From positions 9,362,001-9,426,000 of the forward strand of contig NC_135766.1 of NCBI RefSeq assembly GCF_052425735.1: a stretch of DNA of 64,000 nucleotides, read 5' to 3'. Each line of letters opens with the position of its first letter. The first letter of the stretch is position 1. Of the stretch, positions 62,452 through 64,000 are shown in pieces. A program made the translations under genes and the position numbers. The notes under the pieces were generated by a model, which saw only the letters and a program-made list of their open reading frames with translations, was not told where the DNA came from and made no database searches. The stretch comes from Oculina patagonica. Its lineage: Eukaryota.

Positions 62452-64000
62452 AAAAAGGCATCGACAGGCTCACACAGACTCCCCTATGTGGTTTTACGTA
62501 AGCGATGCACGAGCCGTTTTAAAAGTTTTGCACTTACGAGTATGTCTTGGAGCGATTTACCTCTTTTGTAAGATATAATCGGAGGCGTTTTGTAAATTGT
62601 TTTCAGAAGTGGCTGATTATGAATGGGACTCCAATGTTGCATCAGTATTTGTTTTAAATGTTTAACCCCTGGGTGGTACGTTGTCACAAAAGGCATTATT
62701 TTGCATTTAGTTTTTTACTGTTTGTTTTTAAGTGCCGTCTGCCTTTCGGCAAAGGAGACCTCATAAGGTTTTATCAATTAGGCTTTTTGGATAACCATGG
62801 GAGGCGCGGTGGCCTAATGGTTAGCGCGCTCGCCTCCGAGTCGAATGGCCCGGGTTCGAGGCCTGGCCGGGGCGCTGCGTTGTGTTCTTGGGCAAGACAC
62901 TTTACTCTCACAGTGCCTCTCTCCACCCAGGTGTATAAATGGGTACCGGCGAATTTTCTGCTGGGGGTAACCCTGCGATGGACTAGCATCCCATCAAGGG
63001 GGGAGTAGCAATACTCCTAGTCGCTTAATGCTACGGAAACCGGGATAAGCTCCGGCCTGTATGGGCCACTAGGCTCGAAGCAGACTTCACCTTACCTTTT
63101 TGGATAACCACGCGCTTCAAGTCGTGTTTTGAAGATACACATGGCCTCCTGGAAATTTTCTTCCGAGAAGTTTGTTCTTAGAAGTCTGACGGCTTCTCCT
63201 TTTTATAAAGCTTCTCTTATAACCTGGTGGGTGGCTAGAGGAATAGTGTGTATATTGAAAGGTCTCGGTCGGCTTGTAGTGGGTTTTGACGTCGAGGATA
63301 GATTTGTTTTGGAATCTTAAACCTTTGTACACTACAGTGTCTAAGAATGTAATTTCTTTCTCTGAGATTTCAGCTGTAAACTTTATAATTGGTTGGAATG
63401 TGTTAGCTTGTTCTATGAATAGATCAATGTCTTGTTTACTGGCGCCCCATAGGGAGAAGACGTCGTCTATTTAATGTTTCCACACTCTAAAGCTTGATGT
63501 TGCTTTGATTAAGCATTTTTGTTTCGATTTCTGCCATGAAGAGATTGACGCAAGCAACCGCCATCTTCGTTCCTATGGCCGTTCCGTGACATTGGAGATA
63601 GTTTTCTCCGTTGAACTGGAACGAATTTTCTTTCAGTATGAGTCCGAGCATTTGTTTAAGATAGTGGGACGGAATGGGAGGGCTGTTTTTGTGGTATTCT
63701 TCGTATGCTTGGCATTCTATTGTGATACCCTCTTCTTGTGGAATGTTCGTATACAAGCTTGTTTCATCCATTGATACTAGGGCGGTTTTATGTGACACTT
63801 CAGTTTTTTCCATAAAGTTTATGAAATCAGTCGTACCTTTAAGATACGATGTTTGTTTTTGAGCAAATTATTGGCTGTAATAAATGGTCCACAAAGGATG
63901 ATATCCTTTTAGTCGGCCCTTCGCAGCCCGATATAATATAAGGAGGTTTGTGGATTTTTGTTAGAGTGAAGAAAATCAGTATCCTGGGTGGATTAGGAGT
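62452..64000 (-). mobile_element. Penelope-like retroelement, decayed RT
   Basis: PRILIFFTLTKIHKP; LVSMDETSLYTNIP; FQFNGENYLQCHGTAIGTKMA; IDDVF; HYKPTETFQYTHYSSSHP; PFVTTYHP; multiple frameshifts. Confidence 0.88.
62798..63095 (+). mobile_element. tRNA-derived SINE with a CORE-like central domain, nested in the Penelope-like element
   Basis: A box GGTGGCCTAATGG, B box GGTTCGAGGCC, TTGGGCAAGACACTT..TGTATAAATGGG core; 15-bp TSD CTTTTTGGATAACCA (62783-97, 63096-110). Confidence 0.9.

Noticed and set aside
62798-62880. tRNA gene candidate
   Set aside because: It is a SINE head: it continues into a CORE-like body and has a 15-bp TSD.

Overview
AT-rich, intron-containing, TE-dense animal DNA. It is most likely a scleractinian coral or other anthozoan (inferred from the repeat types and gene families, not proven). 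Host genes: (1) a complete 10-exon minus-strand gene (35726..12420, about 763 aa) encoding a type II membrane protein with the order TM, dibasic site, collagen Gly-X-Y, 3 Ig, 2 Sushi/CCP, C-terminal TLDc. It has one +1 homopolymer frameshift in the collagen exon. (2) The last exon of a diverged paralog (61173..60857). (3) Plus-strand failed-axon-connections/metaxin-like GST genes: one terminal exon, one frameshifted two-exon copy and two 3' fragments. These genes form a tandem segmental duplication (about 9.1-13.9 kb versus 54.4-62.5 kb). The rest is mostly mobile DNA: a BEL/Pao LTR retrotransposon containing a PIF/Harbinger element that itself contains a hAT MITE, two Sola3-like TTAA elements, AcademH-like elements, piggyBac and Tc1-type MITEs, CRE-like and L2-like LINE 3' ends, and a Penelope-like RT with a nested tRNA-SINE. 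The most notable observation is the colmedin-like collagen-Ig-Sushi protein that places a normally cytosolic TLDc domain at an extracellular tip, with that tip diversifying between paralogs.
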